Shown here: one piece after another, positions 63,313-64,000 of the stretch
Position numbering within the stretch: position 1 is the first letter of the stretch
Layout of the letters: each line of letters begins with the position of its first letter
Assembly: GCA_016872155.1 (NCBI GenBank)
Contig: VHBB01000001.1
Coordinates: 153,007 to 217,006, forward strand
Direction of reading: 5' to 3'
Origin: Sphingomonadales bacterium
GTDB taxonomy: Bacteria > Bacteroidota > Bacteroidia > Chitinophagales > Chitinophagaceae
Length of the DNA: 64,000 nucleotides
Position numbers and translations under genes: made by a program
The notes under the pieces: generated by a model
Databases searched by the model: none
What the model was told of the DNA's origin: nothing
Seen by the model: only the letters and a program-made list of their open reading frames with translations

Positions 63313-64000
63313 TTAGGGGATCAAGATACGACGGAATGCAGAGGAATCACCGTTAAATACATTAAAGTCAACCGGGCCTTCTATTCCATTGACCCGACCT
63401 GCATCACTATGTTGCCAAAAGGTCCACCCTCTGCCAATACTGGGCTGGCGAGGCTGATAGTAATGAGCCACCCACAGCGGATACCCATCAAAAGCGCGAC
63501 CCAGGTACTGTTGATAGAATCCAACATTCGTATAAAGAATGGGGCGAATGCCGGTAGCACTCTCTACCGTGGTCAACCAAACAAGGGCTTCTTTGCGCAA
63601 TTGCGAAACAGAGACTCCCTTTACCTCTTCCAGGTCGAGTACAGGAGGCAGGTCGCCTTGCGAAAAACGAGTCACCCGCAAAAAATAACGCGCTTGCTCA
63701 AGACCCGATTGCGTGGAAATAAAATAGTGATAAGCACCGCGCACCAGTCCGGCCTGTTTAGACTTTTTCCAATTTCTGCTAAAATGAGGATCGGTATGTC
63801 CTGTGCCACGGGTCGCTTTAATAAAACAAAAACCCAGTCTAATGCCGAATACGTTCATAGCAGAAACGGCCGGCCAACTAATGTAACGCTGGTAGCGCGA
63901 CACATCAATGCCATGAATAGTATGATGCGCAGGCATGGCAATACCGATTTCGGGAAAGCGTGAATGCAACGCACGCTGGTACTGCCGCCACTCCGTGTAG
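63313..64000 (-). CDS. glycoside hydrolase family 25 lysozyme (muramidase); 5' end may lie outside window
   Basis: HGIDVSRYQ, FIKATRG, GAYHYF and LPPVLDLE match GH25 motifs. The frame is open to the right window edge; internal candidate starts are TTG 63969 and ATG 63936. Confidence 0.8.
   Translation of the reverse strand, partial: YTEWRQYQRALHSRFPEIGIAMPAHHTIHGIDVSRYQRYISWPAVSAMNVFGIRLGFCFIKATRGTGHTDPHFSRNWKKSKQAGLVRGAYHYFISTQSGLEQARYFLRVTRFSQGDLPPVLDLEEVKGVSVSQLRKEALVWLTTVESATGIRPILYTNVGFYQQYLGRAFDGYPLWVAHYYQPRQPSIGRGWTFWQHSDAGRVNGIEGPVDFNVFNGDSSAFRRILIP

Noticed and set aside
53610-63969. The idea that the 'phage holin family' gene and the GH25 lysozyme mark a prophage or lysis cassette.
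   Set aside because: The two genes are 9 kb apart on different strands, with housekeeping and regulatory genes in between. There is no integrase, terminase, capsid, tail, spanin or att-like repeat.
1-64000. A search by eye for tRNA/rRNA genes, CRISPR repeats, IS elements, integrases, toxin-antitoxin pairs and known defence-system hallmarks.
   Set aside because: None was found. All intergenic gaps are under 270 bp and are explained by promoters or by the SDR remnant. A computational scan (tRNAscan, Infernal, ISfinder, DefenseFinder/PADLOC) would be needed to exclude small or degenerate elements.

Overview
This is a densely coding 64-kb chromosomal segment that I assign to a Bacteroidota genome. 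The basis is gene content resembling Chitinophagia, Sphingobacteriia or Cytophagia, recurrent TAnnTTTG -7 promoter boxes, and roughly 50% GC by eye. I call 68 protein-coding genes plus one gene remnant. By eye I found no rRNA, tRNA, CRISPR array, transposase, integrase or phage structural gene.

The dominant feature is a 15.7-kb co-directional respiratory supercluster on the minus strand (24081-39794). It holds alternative complex III actABCDEF, aa3-type oxidase coxII-coxI, heme O synthase ctaB, two subunit-III paralogues, subunit IV, an SCO copper chaperone and a DUF420/CtaM-like factor. Heme A synthase ctaA lies 8 kb away.

Other blocks:
- lysS (partial), then SDR, AKR, lptC, porin and coaX.
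- A low-GC glycosyltransferase/FkbM-methyltransferase islet (5787-9336).
- meaB, typA, fabH, a DAG-kinase-like lipid kinase and rnhB.
- marR and an acyl-CoA dehydrogenase, followed by a korB with no korA next to it.
- A QxxRW-type GT2 with a DUF3078 barrel, then trmB, DUF5522 and an alkyltransferase-like (ATL) protein.
- purN, a D-aminoacylase, a beta-lactamase-fold hydrolase, a fused E1 alpha/beta dehydrogenase and an M16 peptidase pair.
- An MqnC/MqnE-type radical SAM enzyme and pdxH.
- A CarH-type B12 MerR regulator divergent from a YtxH/holin-like/coiled-coil trio.
- Two orphan sensor kinases, a histone-H1-like SWIB protein and tcdA.
- A Fur-SCO operon divergent from a MerC-like gene, and a GH25 lysozyme (partial at the right edge).

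I do not see a clear-cut new multi-gene system; there is no defence-island or mobile-element signature. The observations most worth follow-up are:
1. Exact -7 promoter boxes placed 4 nt from the ATG of several genes, which predicts leaderless mRNAs.
2. An ActA carrying an extra N-terminal class-I cytochrome c domain and a two-helix hairpin (six CxxCH motifs), next to a CoxII that has no heme-c domain.
3. A CarH-type photoreceptor regulator with no carotenoid genes nearby.
4. The SWIB/H1-like fusion protein.
5. A T8-C-T9 tract that separates the only ATG from a 285-codon ORF.
6. A Fur-SCO/MerC metal-handling module with back-to-back identical -7 boxes.

All coordinates for alternative starts and motifs were derived by hand from the ORF track and the sequence.
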